Origin: Eledone cirrhosa
Taxonomy: Eukaryota
Direction of reading: 5' to 3'
Assembly (NCBI GenBank): GCA_964016885.1
Contig: OZ024743.1
Location: 72,850,001 to 72,914,000 of the forward strand
Length of the DNA stretch: 64,000 nucleotides
A program made the position numbers and the translations under genes. The notes under the pieces are model-generated. The model searched no databases and was not told where the DNA came from. It saw only the letters and a list, made by a program, of their open reading frames with translations. The stretch's first letter is position 1. Every line of letters starts with the position of its first letter. Below are positions 1 through 12,172 of this stretch, piece after piece.

Positions 1-134
1 GTTCTTTCTATTTAATTGCTAACCTGTAGGTGTTGTTTTCCATACAGTAACGGTTAAACTCACATGTAATAATTCTTTACACACATCTCACTGTGTAACA
101 CACTTCTCTATGTGTAATATATTTGTATATATAA

Positions 135-188
<54 letters not shown>

Positions 189-195
<7 letters not shown>

Positions 196-460
196 TAACA
201 GATTAAAGTTTAAGCAAAGAATCGCTGCTTTCACCCTTAACGGGATCTACTGAAACTAACAAAGTCAATCTGTGAACGCAGATTGACTTTGTTAGTTTCA
301 GAAGATCCCGTTAAGGGTGAAAGCAGCGATTCTTTGCTTAAACTTTAATCTGTTATTTTAATAAATATTTGCTCTACGGTTCTTATATATTTGATATATA
401 TTTATCCTTATCGAGCCCTCTTTGGATTTTAGTCTTCAAATTTATTATTATTACTATGTA
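189..460. repeat. Short family-A element: ~83-bp inverted arms (189-272 / 279-362) plus a unique tail, flanked by (TA)n
   Basis: ttaaaataacagattaaag...caatctg is reverse-complemented right after a 6-nt loop. Related copies at ~19455-19560, 22325-22435, 23030-23235, 58058-58125. Confidence 0.9.
279..352 (+). ncRNA. Type I hammerhead ribozyme, family A (core CAGAAGA, U4A variant)
   Basis: agttt-CAGAAGA-t ccc gttaa ggg t-GAAA-gcag...ttgc-TT-aaact. Stem I (agttt/aaact, extended by cagatt/aatctg) and stems II and III all pair. Confidence 0.65.
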
Positions 461-578
461 TATATATATATATATCTTTAATACGTATTTACTCAGTATT
501 CAGTAAATATATGTATATTCAGTATATAATACTCAGTAAATATATATATATATAGTCCGTTGATAATAAATTGTTGTA

Positions 579-661
<83 letters not shown>

Positions 662-1416
662 ATATCCACGGTTAGTTGTGGGGTCTAGTCTGCATGAAGA
701 ACTCAATGTAATCCATATGTTGAAAATGTTGTAGGTTAAAATAAATCCCGGAAAACAATAAAACATCAAAAGGAAAAGAAAGTCATGATTTAAAACAATG
801 AAATAAAAATCCAAGTTATTAGGAATATACTTCACTGCTTTACGATCGTTTCTAGGTGATAATAATACATCGTACGCATATTTGGTTATCGATCTATGTA
901 AGGTTAGTTACAAAATATCAAATAAGGAATATATTTACCTACGTGTATATCGTCAGCCGTTGTCAAAAGCAATGAACATTTTATTCAAAATCAATAGTAA
1001 ATTGAGTTCTATGACCTTATTTGGAGGTAGCTGAAGAACAAACCAATAAAATGGTGTTTTGCCATATGATGTTAAGATGAAATATAACTCACTTTAGTTA
1101 AGGTCATGACCTTTTGAAAGGAATGGTTGAATGGTGTTAAAAATAGAATTACTACGAAGAACCTATGAAGAAAAGGGATTGCTGAATTGATAGTGGAATG
1201 TAGATGGTGGAGTGAAGTTTAAAAAGGGATGTACAAATTATATGTTGAGTTGTGTTGTATGGAATTTTTAGGTGAATATAAATAAAGAAATATAAAATAT
1301 ACGGAAATAACTAGGATAAATATAGATAGGTAAAGTAATGGTCATAACTAGGAAGGATAGTATATTAAAAGATGAAAATTATAATAGGATAATAAAATAC
1401 AATAATATAATAATAT

Positions 1417-1500
1417 AATTGTTTCTACAGTTGGCACAAGGCCAGCAATCGACCCCGTAATGATGAAAGGCAAAGTTAACCTCGGCGGGATTTGAACTCA
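1417..1500 (-). mobile_element. tRNA-derived SINE, partial
   Basis: Matches the 3' half of the adjacent full SINE. Confidence 0.8.
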
Positions 1501-1513
1501 GTATTAATATAAT

Positions 1514-1701
1514 AATTGTTTCTACTTTAGGCACAAGGCCAGCCATTACCCAGTGCATTACTGCTACTTTATTTTATCGACTCCGTAAGGATGAAAGGCA
1601 AAGTTAACCTCGGCGGGATTTGAACTCAGATCGTAAAGGGACGTAACTATGCTGGAAAGCATGGCGTCCGACCCTCTACTGATACTGCCAATCCACCGCC
1701 C
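1514..1701 (-). mobile_element. tRNA-derived SINE (Meta/MESC-like core), full length
   Basis: Minus strand has A-box TGGCAGTATCAG, B-box GAGTTCAAATCC and core GCCTTTCATCCTTACGGAGTCGATAAAA. Flanked by duplicated ttaatataataat. Confidence 0.9.
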
Positions 1702-3572
1702 TTAATATAATAATATAATAATATAATATAATGTAATATAATATAGTGCAGTATGGTACATTGTATAGAGTATAGTATAGCGTATGATGCATCATAAAAT
1801 ATAAAATAGTAAATATTTTCAAGTGGGTCTATGTATAAGTAATCAATCCCAGATGAATGCATGTTGACATATAGCCAAAACGTATAATTTTCTTAGGTCA
1901 CAAAAGTACAATAGTACATATACTCACATATATAGATAGAAGTATAATTACATAGATACTCCATTAAAAACATACATACGCATTCATAGATATATACATA
2001 TACATATACGTATACATACATACACGCACACATACACACACATACACATATATACACATACATATATATATATATTCTCTTATCATACATACATAGATAC
2101 ATGTATACCCATGCAATTACATATGGTTATGTACCTTAATGTCCTTAGTCAGTAACGCATGAATCTATGGAAGCTAAAAAATTAAAAGGATAAAATATTA
2201 ACAGGACGGCGTATAATTAGGAGAAGGGAATACTAACAAAAGGTACGTCACATAGAGCTATAGTGAGCTGCTATTTAGAATGTTTAATTAGGTTTATAGT
2301 ACTTAAATATTTTTATTATACTGTGATTACAAGCTATAATCAGTTCTTGTCTTTTTTTCAATAAATCGTCCTTAGATTTAGTAATTTCCAAGATCTCACC
2401 GGAACATAATCTACATTCTCTTCTGTTCCCAAGATATGGAGTTCTTTGAAGAATGGTATCCCACGATAGCTTGAATTCTATTTTTTTTTCTTTTTATAGT
2501 TATTTACTGCTTCAGCTAAAGAAGTAGTGTTAGCTAGTTTAGTATTGTTAAAGCTACTGGAGTGTGCATAATATATTTTCTTAAGTGTGTTCGATGTAGA
2601 TCTTATATACGATTTGTTGGAGTCAGTAGTAGACACAGTACATTTATATATTACATTATTAATCAAACAGTTGCCATTTAAGGGGCAAACGCTTCTATTG
2701 TTGCAATTACAACCATACGTAAGATGGTTGTTGGAGGTACCTACATAATCATCATTAATCCTTGAGCTATTGTTATTGTAATTAATGTTAGAGAGAGAAT
2801 GAGTGCTGCTTTGTGGGTGATTTAGTGCTGGGGTTGTATTGTGATTTTGTGTTATGTTGTTTTTTTGTGTTGGGGATTTGGGTGGTTGTGTTTTCCAGGT
2901 TGAAAAATTGTATTATTTATCCTTTTAAAAGGTGCAGTCTTATTTAAATTATGTTGTGGTGGTGTGGTCATATTATTTTAAAGTTTATAAATATTGTAAC
3001 TGCTTATTTTCTGTTGGAGATTGTTTGATGTAGAGTATGAGAATGTAACAGTATATCTGTTAAATATTTGGTGGTATCTGTGGTTTGGTGGAAAATGTTT
3101 ATATAGAATTTCGAAGAATTTTGGAGGGATTTGTCCAATAGTTTGCAGGTTGAAGGGTACGTTGTACCATGTTATGTTTCTTTTGCGGTTTTTAGTTAAG
3201 TTCTTATTTTCACTTATATTAATGTGCTGTGTTCTAGAAGTGTTCCTATGGTTAGTATTTGTATTTGTGAAATTTGGTAAGTTGCAGTGGTTGTATTTGG
3301 TGTTATTATTGGGTAGATTATGAGAGGTTGAATGATTGGTAGTCATATGTGAGTTGTTAACATTAGTCATAGATCGTGTAGTAATAGTTGTTGTGGTTTT
3401 TCGGTTGTTTGGTGTGATAGGAATGACCCCATTAGGCATTTGTTTCGATGGTATTATTTGGTGTTTGTAAGTTTTGATAGGTTTTGTATTATCGTCCATA
3501 GTATATATACACAGCAATTTATTAATATCAACGGATTGCCGTATATATATATGTATATATATGTATATCAAT

Positions 3573-3632
<60 letters not shown>

Positions 3633-3850
3633 TTAATACGTATTTACTGAGTATTCAGTAAATATATATATATTCAGTATATAATACACAGTAAATAAAT
3701 ATATATACATATATATATACATATATACACACCAAGTTATTATTATCAACGGACTATATCTTTTAATACGTATTTACTGAGTATTCAGATTTTAATGCTA
3801 CATAAATTAAGTTAGAATTACATTTTGTAGTCATCTGTTTTTCCTTATAA

Positions 3851-3939
<89 letters not shown>

Positions 3940-3945
<6 letters not shown>

Positions 3946-4556
3946 GAAACAGGAATGTCCATCATCAGTAGTCTCTTGGTTATTATTGGTATTTCTTCGC
4001 ATTAAAGACTAGATACCTAAAATCAGTGCGAGAGGATAACTAAATTAAGTTATCGCGACAGAGGCAAGTAAACAACAAACATGGTAATAATGCAACGTAA
4101 AGAGAGGAAAAGCGAGACAAGTCAATGAATCTTGTGGGCTTAAGTCCGAACGAATCAAATGACGAGAAGAGGCAGACACGTCCGAGCCACGCGAAAAGTG
4201 AGGGAGAAAAGAATTTAACATAGGTCAGACGGGAGGAAGTGAGAGAGGGGGAGTAGCAGAGAGTGAGTGAGTGAAAGTGTTAGGAGGAGGCCAGCCGAGA
4301 GTGTGTGACGAGCAGCGTGGGTGAAAGAAAGCAAGAGGTAAAGGAGAGAGAAGGGGGGGGGGGAGAAAGAGGATAGCAGTAAAGTGACAGAAAAATAAGA
4401 ACCACAGCGAGGAAAAAAGATATATGTGAATGAAAAATGGCGTGCAGCGTTGTTGCGAATCGCTCGCACTGATTTTAGATATCTAGTATTTAATGCGAAG
4501 AAATACCAATGATAATCAGCAGACTACTGATGATGGACATTCCTGTTTCTCGGTCT
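3940..4556. repeat. pLTR-like segment bounded by ~90-bp inverted repeats (3940-4030 / 4466-4556) that contain a broken HHR core
   Basis: Direct reverse-complement match. CTGATGA-t gga cat tcc t is followed by GTTTC. A similar segment lies at 22465-22950. Confidence 0.7.
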
Positions 4557-4611
4557 ATTTTCATTCATATGTTCATATTCGCAACCACGCAGCACACTAG
4601 TTTTCATTCAC

Positions 4612-5369
4612 AAGCTCAAAGTATAAATACGGAACATTATAATATTAATATGTGTAGAAGTAAACACAGCAAACCCATGTCTAAAATTACGAGGGTAGAT
4701 TACACCACAAATGTTATATATAATTCAGGTTGAATGATATATAACATTTGTGGTGTAATCTACCCTCGTAATTTTAGACATGGGTTTGCTGAGTTTACTT
4801 CTACACATATTAATATTATAATGCTCAGTATTTATACTTTGAGCTTGTTAATTGCAGGGTATCTATATTAGTTAACTCTATATTTTATTTGTATTTCGGC
4901 TCCTTATCTGTTGAGCATATAAAAATGAGTGTAAATAGGCTATTATTTCTAGCATAACCAGTCGCACCGCATTTGACTTTCAACGCACGAGGTGTACACT
5001 TTAGTGAGTTTATTGTTATGGGTGTTATGTAACATTTAGTCTCATCTCTTGCTGACGAAATGCCTACAGATTACTTGTTACAAATACGATTCATTCAGGG
5101 CGAAACAGATTAAATCTTTAGTCTGTCCAGGAGATGAAATGGTTATTGATATGGTATGTATGAGAAATTTTGTAAGAAATCTAGTAAAATACCATATGAT
5201 TCAGGTTGAATGATATATAACATTTGTGGTGTAATCTACCCTCGTAATTTTAGACACGGGTTTACTGTGTTTACTTCTACACATATTAATATTATAATGC
5301 TCAGTATTTATACTTTGAGCTTGTTAATTGCAGGGTATCTATATGAGTTAATAACTCTATATTTTATTT
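4612..5369 (+). mobile_element. Retrozyme/pLTR-like element: 476-bp monomer, ~168-bp terminal direct repeat, plus an inverted 5' copy
   Basis: 4723-4890 is repeated at 5199-5369. 4612-4720 is the reverse complement of 4736-4846. One HHR lies inside and the element ends in (TA)n. Confidence 0.8.
5042..5137 (+). ncRNA. Type I hammerhead ribozyme
   Basis: tcatctcttg-CTGACGA-(aat gcct...gggc)-GAAA-cagattaaa tc tttagtctg-TC-caggagatga. 10-bp stem I, 9-bp stem III, predicted GUC cleavage after 5127. Confidence 0.85.
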
Positions 5370-5431
5370 ATATATATATATATACGCATATATATATATA
5401 CAGGCATAAAATAAAGGAGTGTTCTTATGTT

Positions 5432-5900
5432 GCAATAACCACCATCATGTTATATATAATATATTCAATAACCGCCATCATGTTATATATAATATATTCA
5501 ATAACCACCATCATGTTATACATAATATATACAACTACCATCATGTTATATATAATACATTCAATAACCACCATCATGTTATATATAATATATACAACAA
5601 CTACCATAATGTTATATATAATATATACAACTACCATCATGTTATATATAATATATACAACAACTACCATCATGTTATATATAATATATACAACAACTAC
5701 CATCATGTTATATATAATATATACAACAACTACCATCATGTTATATATAATATATACAATAACCACCATCATGTTATATATAATATATAAAACAACTACC
5801 ATCATGTTATATATAATATATACAACAACTACCAACATGTTATATATAATATATACAACAACTACCATCGTGTTATATGTAATATTACAATAACTACCAT
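5432..5900. repeat. Minisatellite, 30/33-bp unit (accatcatgttatatataatatatacaacaact), about 14 copies
   Basis: Period of 33 read directly. It explains the repetitive ORFs at 5210-5893. Confidence 0.95.
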
Positions 5901-5951
5901 CAATTTACATATAATATTGCCCTAAATACGATGTTATAATAACCACTATAG

Positions 5952-6110
5952 ATGACGAGTTGGCAGAGTCGTTAGAGCATCAGATAGAATGATTTGTTGT
6001 ATTCTCTTCGGCTCTCTGCTCTCATACTTCAAATCCCAATATAGGTTAGTTTTTACTTTCATCCAATCGATAAAGGAAGTATCAGTTTCATATTGGGTCG
6101 ATTCTTCCTC
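5952..6110 (+). mobile_element. Old degenerate tRNA-derived SINE
   Basis: gagttggcagagtcgttagagcatcag...ttcaaatccc...ctttcatccaatcgataaag resembles the SINE family. Confidence 0.6.
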
Positions 6111-6256
6111 TATATGTCCTTCTCACCTTCATTCTCTCACACCCTCTCTCATTCTCTGGAAGAAATCTTCTGTATTCAGGCCAGGAGAGTATTTTGCTCG
6201 ACAAGGTTTAATATTGCGAGTTTATTAATACGACGCTGCAGGAGATACGGGATCAT

Positions 6257-7348
6257 GCATAATAACCCTCACGTTATATATAATGTATAATAACCCTCAC
6301 ATTATATATAATGCATAATAACTCTCACATTATATATAATGCATAATAACTCTCACGTTATATATAATGCATAATAACTCTCACATTATATATAATGCAT
6401 AATAACTATCACATTATATATAATGCATAATAACTCTCACGTTATATATAATGCATAATAACTCTCTCATTATATATAATGCATAATAACTCTCTCATTA
6501 TATATAATGCATAATAACTCTCACATTATATATAAGGCATAATAACTCTCACGTTATATATAATGCATAATAACTCTCTCATTATATATAATGCATAATA
6601 ACTCTCACGTTATATATAATGCATAATAACTCTCACATTATATATAATGCATAATAACTCTCTCATTATATATAATGCATAATAACTCTCACATTATATA
6701 TAATGCATAATAACTCCCACGTTATATATAATGCATAATAACTCTCACATTATATATAATGCATAATAACTCTCACGTTATATATAATGCATAATCACTC
6801 TCACATTATATATAATGCATAATAACTCTCACGTTATATATAATGCATAATAACTCTCGCGTTATATATAATGCATAATAACTCTCACGTTATATATAAT
6901 GCATAATAACTCTCACGTTATATATAATGCATAATAACTCTCACATTATATATAATGCATAATAACGCTCACGTTATATATAATGCATAATAACTCTCAC
7001 GTTATATAATAAGCATAATAACTCTCACGTTATATATAATGCATAATAACTCTCACATTATATATAATGCATAATAACGCTCACGTTATATATAATGCAT
7101 AATAACTCTCACGTTATGTATAATGCATAATAACTCTCTCATTATATATAATGCATAATAACTCTCACATTATATATAATGCATAATAACTCCCACGTTA
7201 TATATAATGCATAATAACTCTCACGTTATATATAATGCATAATAACTCTCACGTTATATATAATGCATAATAACTCTCACGTTATATATAATGCATAATA
7301 ACTCTCACGTTATATATAATGCATAATAACTCTCACGTTATATATAAT
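6257..7348. repeat. Minisatellite, 28-bp unit (gcataataactctcacRttatatataat), about 39 copies
   Basis: Period of 28 read directly. Confidence 0.97.
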
Positions 7349-8269
7349 TGTTTCTACTTTAGGCACAAGGCCAGCACCTCACGTTATATATAATGTTACA
7401 ATAACCACCATTATGTTATATATAAAAACCAATACCTTATATAGAAAGTTACAATAACTACCATCACGATATATTCAGTGCATATGACGTAGTGCAAACG
7501 GCTTTGATTAAAGTAAATATAATTATATGAACTTTATAAACAAAAGCAAATTTATAGAAAAGAAGTTTTTCTAACACCAGTAAAACAATCTAGAATTTTA
7601 AGTAGATTTCAATAAATCACCCAACAAATGCCATTAGGATGCTGCTAAAGAAATAATAAAGAATACCACAAGATTTATTCTCCTTCCACCCTCACTCATT
7701 TTTCTCATTCCCTCGCTCTTTCTTTCTCTCTGTATTTCTCATTCTCTCTAATAATCCTAGATAGCTCATGCTGTTTCACTTTCTTTCTCTGAATCTTTCA
7801 CTTTTGTGTATTATCTGCATAGTCTCCCACATATCAGCTAGCTAGAACAACTTTCTCTAACGTCCATTAACTTTTCTTATCCAGTGCATCAATGCAGCAT
7901 GGATTCAGCACTTCCTTAAGTGCAGTCTTTTAAATGCCACGTAAACAGCATTTGAAGTTGAACTTTATCGTCCAAACAAAAGACAGCAATACTGTCTGCT
8001 TTTACCAACGGGTAACATTTTCATTAAATCTTCCTTTCGTTCGTATTATCTGATATTTGTATGTTGATTGTTCTATTTCTTTAACAGTAATGTTGTTTCA
8101 CCGTTATATTTATATTTATTTTCTTGCTAATAATATAGAGAGCATTTTAATTTTCCACATAATGGTGCTCCGTTGGTCTCGACGAGGAGTGTTCCAGCTG
8201 TTCTATCAATACAACAGACAGCTCATGAAAGTAATGTGTAAGTGACTGGGCATACAATGTGTTCTTGAC

Positions 8270-8450
8270 AAAAACACTTCGTTTCATGTTGCTCCAGTAT
8301 ACTCAGCTAAAAATGAGTACCAGCAATAGTTGTGGTTTGAGCCTGCGATTGACTGTCGTCCTGTCCAGGGGGGGGGGGGGGGGTGCACTCTGAGTCGCTT
8401 CACGCCATGAAACCGGGTTAAACACCGGCCTAACGAGTTTTCTGGCTTAA
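8270..8450 (+). mobile_element. Second SINE family fragment
   Basis: ctcagctaaaaatgagtaccagc...gtcgcttcacgccatgaaaccggg resembles a mollusc SINE core and tail. Confidence 0.5.
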
Positions 8451-8671
8451 CAGAGACTTTTAGACGTTAGCATAACACAGACACGTGTAACATTAAGATA
8501 ATCCTCAGGGGTATTCAGTGTGACAGTTTCTTCCAATGCAGCTCCTTTTAATTCTAGGTACAATCCCTACGACAAGTTTCCAAACAATTTCCAGTGACAA
8601 CTTATTGTTGAACCAGAGGCTATGATAGACAACATTCAGCTATGCGACGGTCAGTATTTCTCCTTATTTAT

Positions 8672-8862
8672 AATTGTTTCTACTTTTGGCACAAGGCCAG
8701 CAATTATCCCAGTGTATTATTGATACTTTATTTTATCGACCCCGTAAGGATGAAAGGCAAAGTTAACCTCGGCGGGATTTGAACTTAGACCATAAATTGC
8801 CGTAACTCTTTATTGCCAAGCATGGCGTCCGATCCTCTACCGATACTGCCAATCCACCAACC
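8672..8862 (-). mobile_element. tRNA-derived SINE, full length
   Basis: A/B boxes and core present. ccttattta is duplicated on both sides. Confidence 0.9.
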
Positions 8863-8976
8863 TTATTTAAAATGCTGTTATCAATGATAAGCGGTGGAAG
8901 GCAATCATTTATTTATTTCAAATATAATAGAAGAATATTTGACTCACAAAAAATATCAGGTTATTAATATATTTTT

Positions 8977-9163
8977 GGGGATTGGCAGTATCGGTAGAGG
9001 TTCGAACGCCATGCTTTGCAGCAAACAGTTACGGCCCTTTATGATCTGAGTTCTGATCACACCGAGGTTAACATTGCCTTTCATCCTTATGGGGTCGATA
9101 AAATAAAGTACCAGTAATGCACTGGGATAATTGCTGGCCTTGTGCCAAAACGTGTAAACAATT
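8977..9163 (+). mobile_element. tRNA-derived SINE
   Basis: gattggcagtatcggtagag...gagttc...gcctttcatccttatggggtcgataaaa; inverted relative to 8672-8862. Confidence 0.9.
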
Positions 9164-9270
9164 ATTAGATGCACACGCACATACGCACTAACATGTGTGC
9201 ATCGTACAATTGTGTATTTAATATATTTCTTCTATGTACTATGTTCTTTGGTTTGTTCTTACCATTTATC

Positions 9271-9382
<112 letters not shown>

Positions 9383-9472
9383 CGTTAACTATTTTTCCCA
9401 TCTTGACGACATAGTCGCATATATGTTATGGAATACTGTTAGCTTATCGCTAAAACAATTTCTATACCTTTC

Positions 9473-9558
<86 letters not shown>

Positions 9559-9584
9559 GTATATATATAAATGTAAAAATAGTA

Positions 9585-9692
9585 ATTAACTGCTTCTACT
9601 TTTGACACAAGGCCATCAATTATCCCAGTGCATTAGTGGTACTTTATTTTAGCGACTCAGTAAGGATGAAAGGCGAAGTTAACCTCGGCGGG
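9585..9692 (-). mobile_element. 5'-truncated tRNA-derived SINE
   Basis: Matches the 3' half of the family. Confidence 0.8.
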
Positions 9693-9726
9693 TATAATTA
9701 ATAATTATAATAATAATAATAATTAT

Positions 9727-9765
<39 letters not shown>

Positions 9766-9775
9766 GACAAACTTT

Positions 9776-9970
9776 TATATAGAAATGGCTTCTACAGGAC
9801 TAGAAATGTTTCATTCCAAGAAAATTACCAGGAAAGCTGATGATTTCCTTCGAGTGAAACAGTTCTAGTCCTGTAGATGCCATTTATATATTAAATGTTA
9901 TTGTATATACTCTTCTAATGTATTGAGTGCCTTACTTACTGTGGTTATGCCGGATTTAACCTGGGACTCA
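9776..9970. mobile_element. Family-B HHR element, head-to-head inverted, with tail
   Basis: Plus strand CTGATGA-tttccttcgagt-GAAA-cag ttctagtc ctg-TA at 9837-9875. A degenerate antisense copy lies at 9785-9835. Confidence 0.8.
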
Positions 9971-9983
9971 CATGTCTATCTAT

Positions 9984-10028
<45 letters not shown>

Positions 10029-10241
10029 AGACGTGTGTAACTTCGCGGAGAAGTTTCCGTTAATTTATGTAAGAAAAAACGTTAGTTTTTAGTTAAATTT
10101 TATATTATTGTGTAACTTGACCCCCCGTCTGGACCTTTAGGTGGTGGGTCAACTCATTTTCGCTCCTACAGAGGCGAAATATCCGTTTGAAATATTTTTT
10201 CTCGAATCTTGGAAAAAATATTGTAAAAGTTTGATTACGTT

Positions 10242-12172
10242 ATGAACGCTGCGTCCAACGAAAATGGTGGTGGAGAGGCGGTAAGACTACAAAGCTCGCA
10301 GTCAACATCGTCTTCTTCACTAGATACTATAGAGATGGAAAGACAAAATGAAAATGCAAAAACATATTCATATCAAAACAACACAAATGACACCAAACAG
10401 TTCAATGACAACAAAAATAACAGCAACACCAATAATGATGATAAAAACAACAATGATAACAACAACAAAGAAAAAAATAAAGACAACACCAATAACACCA
10501 GCATCAAAGACAACAACAACACCAAGGAAAATACGAATAATATCAACATCGGTGACAACAAGAATAACAACAACAATAACAACAATTATGACAACAGCAC
10601 CAACACGGATAATTCCACAAAGAAACCAAAAACTCCTTTGCAGAGACAGTTCAAAAACAGGAGGAACTGATATATCTCGACATAACAAATGCTGAACAAC
10701 TTTTAAAGGACGCTAGGAGATATGTCACTTTCCAAAAAAATGGTGCTTTCAGCATCAATTCTCCGGTAGAAATTCGCAAGGAAACTGCTCTCAAAACGAT
10801 AGTTTTTAGGACAGTTTCCAATTCTACCCGAAAACCAGTCCAATTATCACAGAAAGAAATTGAACTGGTTTTCAAAAGTTGAATGAATGATATTGCATTC
10901 ATTCAAAGAAGCAAACTTTTTGGGAGTATTTCGGTACTCATGAAGGATCAATTGACGGCCCCAAATTACTCTGTGTCGCCAATTGTATCCAACCTGTACA
11001 CCTTTTTCCCTACATACATGGGAAAAAGGACACAAAAGATCAAAATCACGAGTGTCACACCAAAGGTGAACATATGGTGGATACTGTGCGGCTTCATCAA
11101 TTTTGATGAAGACAGAATACTGTCAGTAGGAAAGTCCACCAGAGATGTATTCAATGGGACTAGCATTGAAGTTCTGGTGCAAATGAGCCCAGAGCGGATA
11201 GCTATGATCACACAACGTGTACTCCTGGACGGACTCACCTATATAAACTTTTCGGTTGAGCGTAGGCGGCCTTCATGTTACCATTGCTTTAGCAGGGGTC
11301 ACCTGAGGGCTTCCTGTCCTAAATTAATGAATAAAAAAAAGGCTCTTCTGCCGACACCCATCAAAACAACACGACCACCAACACCACCACAACAACAACA
11401 CCAACACACAAAAATAACCACAACAAACACAGTCCCACCCAACCCCACTCCACCTAAAACCACTGCAAAATCACATACAGACACAACTACTCCCCAAGAC
11501 ATACCCCTCCCCAATCACACAGACGATACAACAGATGAGGCTATCTCGCCATCACCCAGTGAAGACGAGGGAGAACCCCATCGCTCGAAAAGAAAGAAAA
11601 GACATCACAAAAGCAAAAAACCAGCAAAAACTACCACAAACATACAACCACTAATACAAACAACAAAAACATCACAAACGAAAACCCCACCTCCTGAAAA
11701 CAAAATACCTACAACAAAACGAAAGCACACACAAGAACTACAGACAAAAACAAACACAACACAAGAAAATTACACTTACACTTACATAAACACTGAAAAC
11801 AAAACACTAATGGAGAAGGGAAAACTTTCGCCCACTATTAAACATAGCAAAAAACTGAACCTAAAACTGATTAGGGTCCCTATACAAACTTATAGGTCCC
11901 TAAAAGAAACATTTGAGAAGGATGTGGGGAATTCCTGCGTGAAACCACTCAACCGAGTCCTTCTCAAATGTCTCCCCACAAGCCAGACACCCCCATCCCA
12001 CCAGACCCCACCACACCAAACATCTCCGTCCCCACCCCGCGGGAAACCACCACCCATCCAGACAACCCCTCCAACAACCCCATGGAAATCGTGCGGCCTG
12101 GTCTCCAGGAGACGAAGGGTGAGTGATCTCTTTTCCTCTTTTAACTTTTCAGCACCAACATGGCGAATATAA
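10242..12172 (+). pseudogene. LINE ORF1 (gag-like): Asn-rich N-terminus, CYHCFSRGHLRASC zinc knuckle, Pro/Thr-rich C-terminus
   Basis: ORFs 10242-10670 and 10883-12172 are joined by an open frame after a frameshift near 10650, with one TGA at about 10880. Confidence 0.8.

Larger units (their letters stand above)
656..3580 (-). mobile_element. 5'-truncated, degenerate Penelope-like retroelement (GIY-YIG end plus long 3' UTR)
   Basis: ORF 2978-3571 has RNITWYNVPF...FPPNHRYHQIFNRYTVTFSYST. 2478-2720 reads CNCNNRSVCPLNGNCLINNVIYKC...YIRSTS, a PLE Cys linker and GIY-YIG. Confidence 0.85.

Noticed and set aside
533-835. Many ORFs rich in IY, CV, HT or SL dipeptides across the window (also 9169-9605, 24229-24627, 29533-29998, 33435-33868, 49648-50079)
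   Set aside because: They are translations of (TA)n, (TG)n and (GA)n microsatellites, not proteins.
1514-1701. tRNA gene
   Set aside because: A and B boxes are present, but there is no cloverleaf; it is multi-copy with a core, tail and TSD, so it is a SINE.
5210-5893. Repetitive 227-aa ORF and overlapping ORFs
   Set aside because: Open only because the 30/33-bp minisatellite unit is a multiple of three.
6257-7348. CRISPR-like regular 28-bp repeats
   Set aside because: There are no unique spacers, no cas genes, and the context is eukaryotic.
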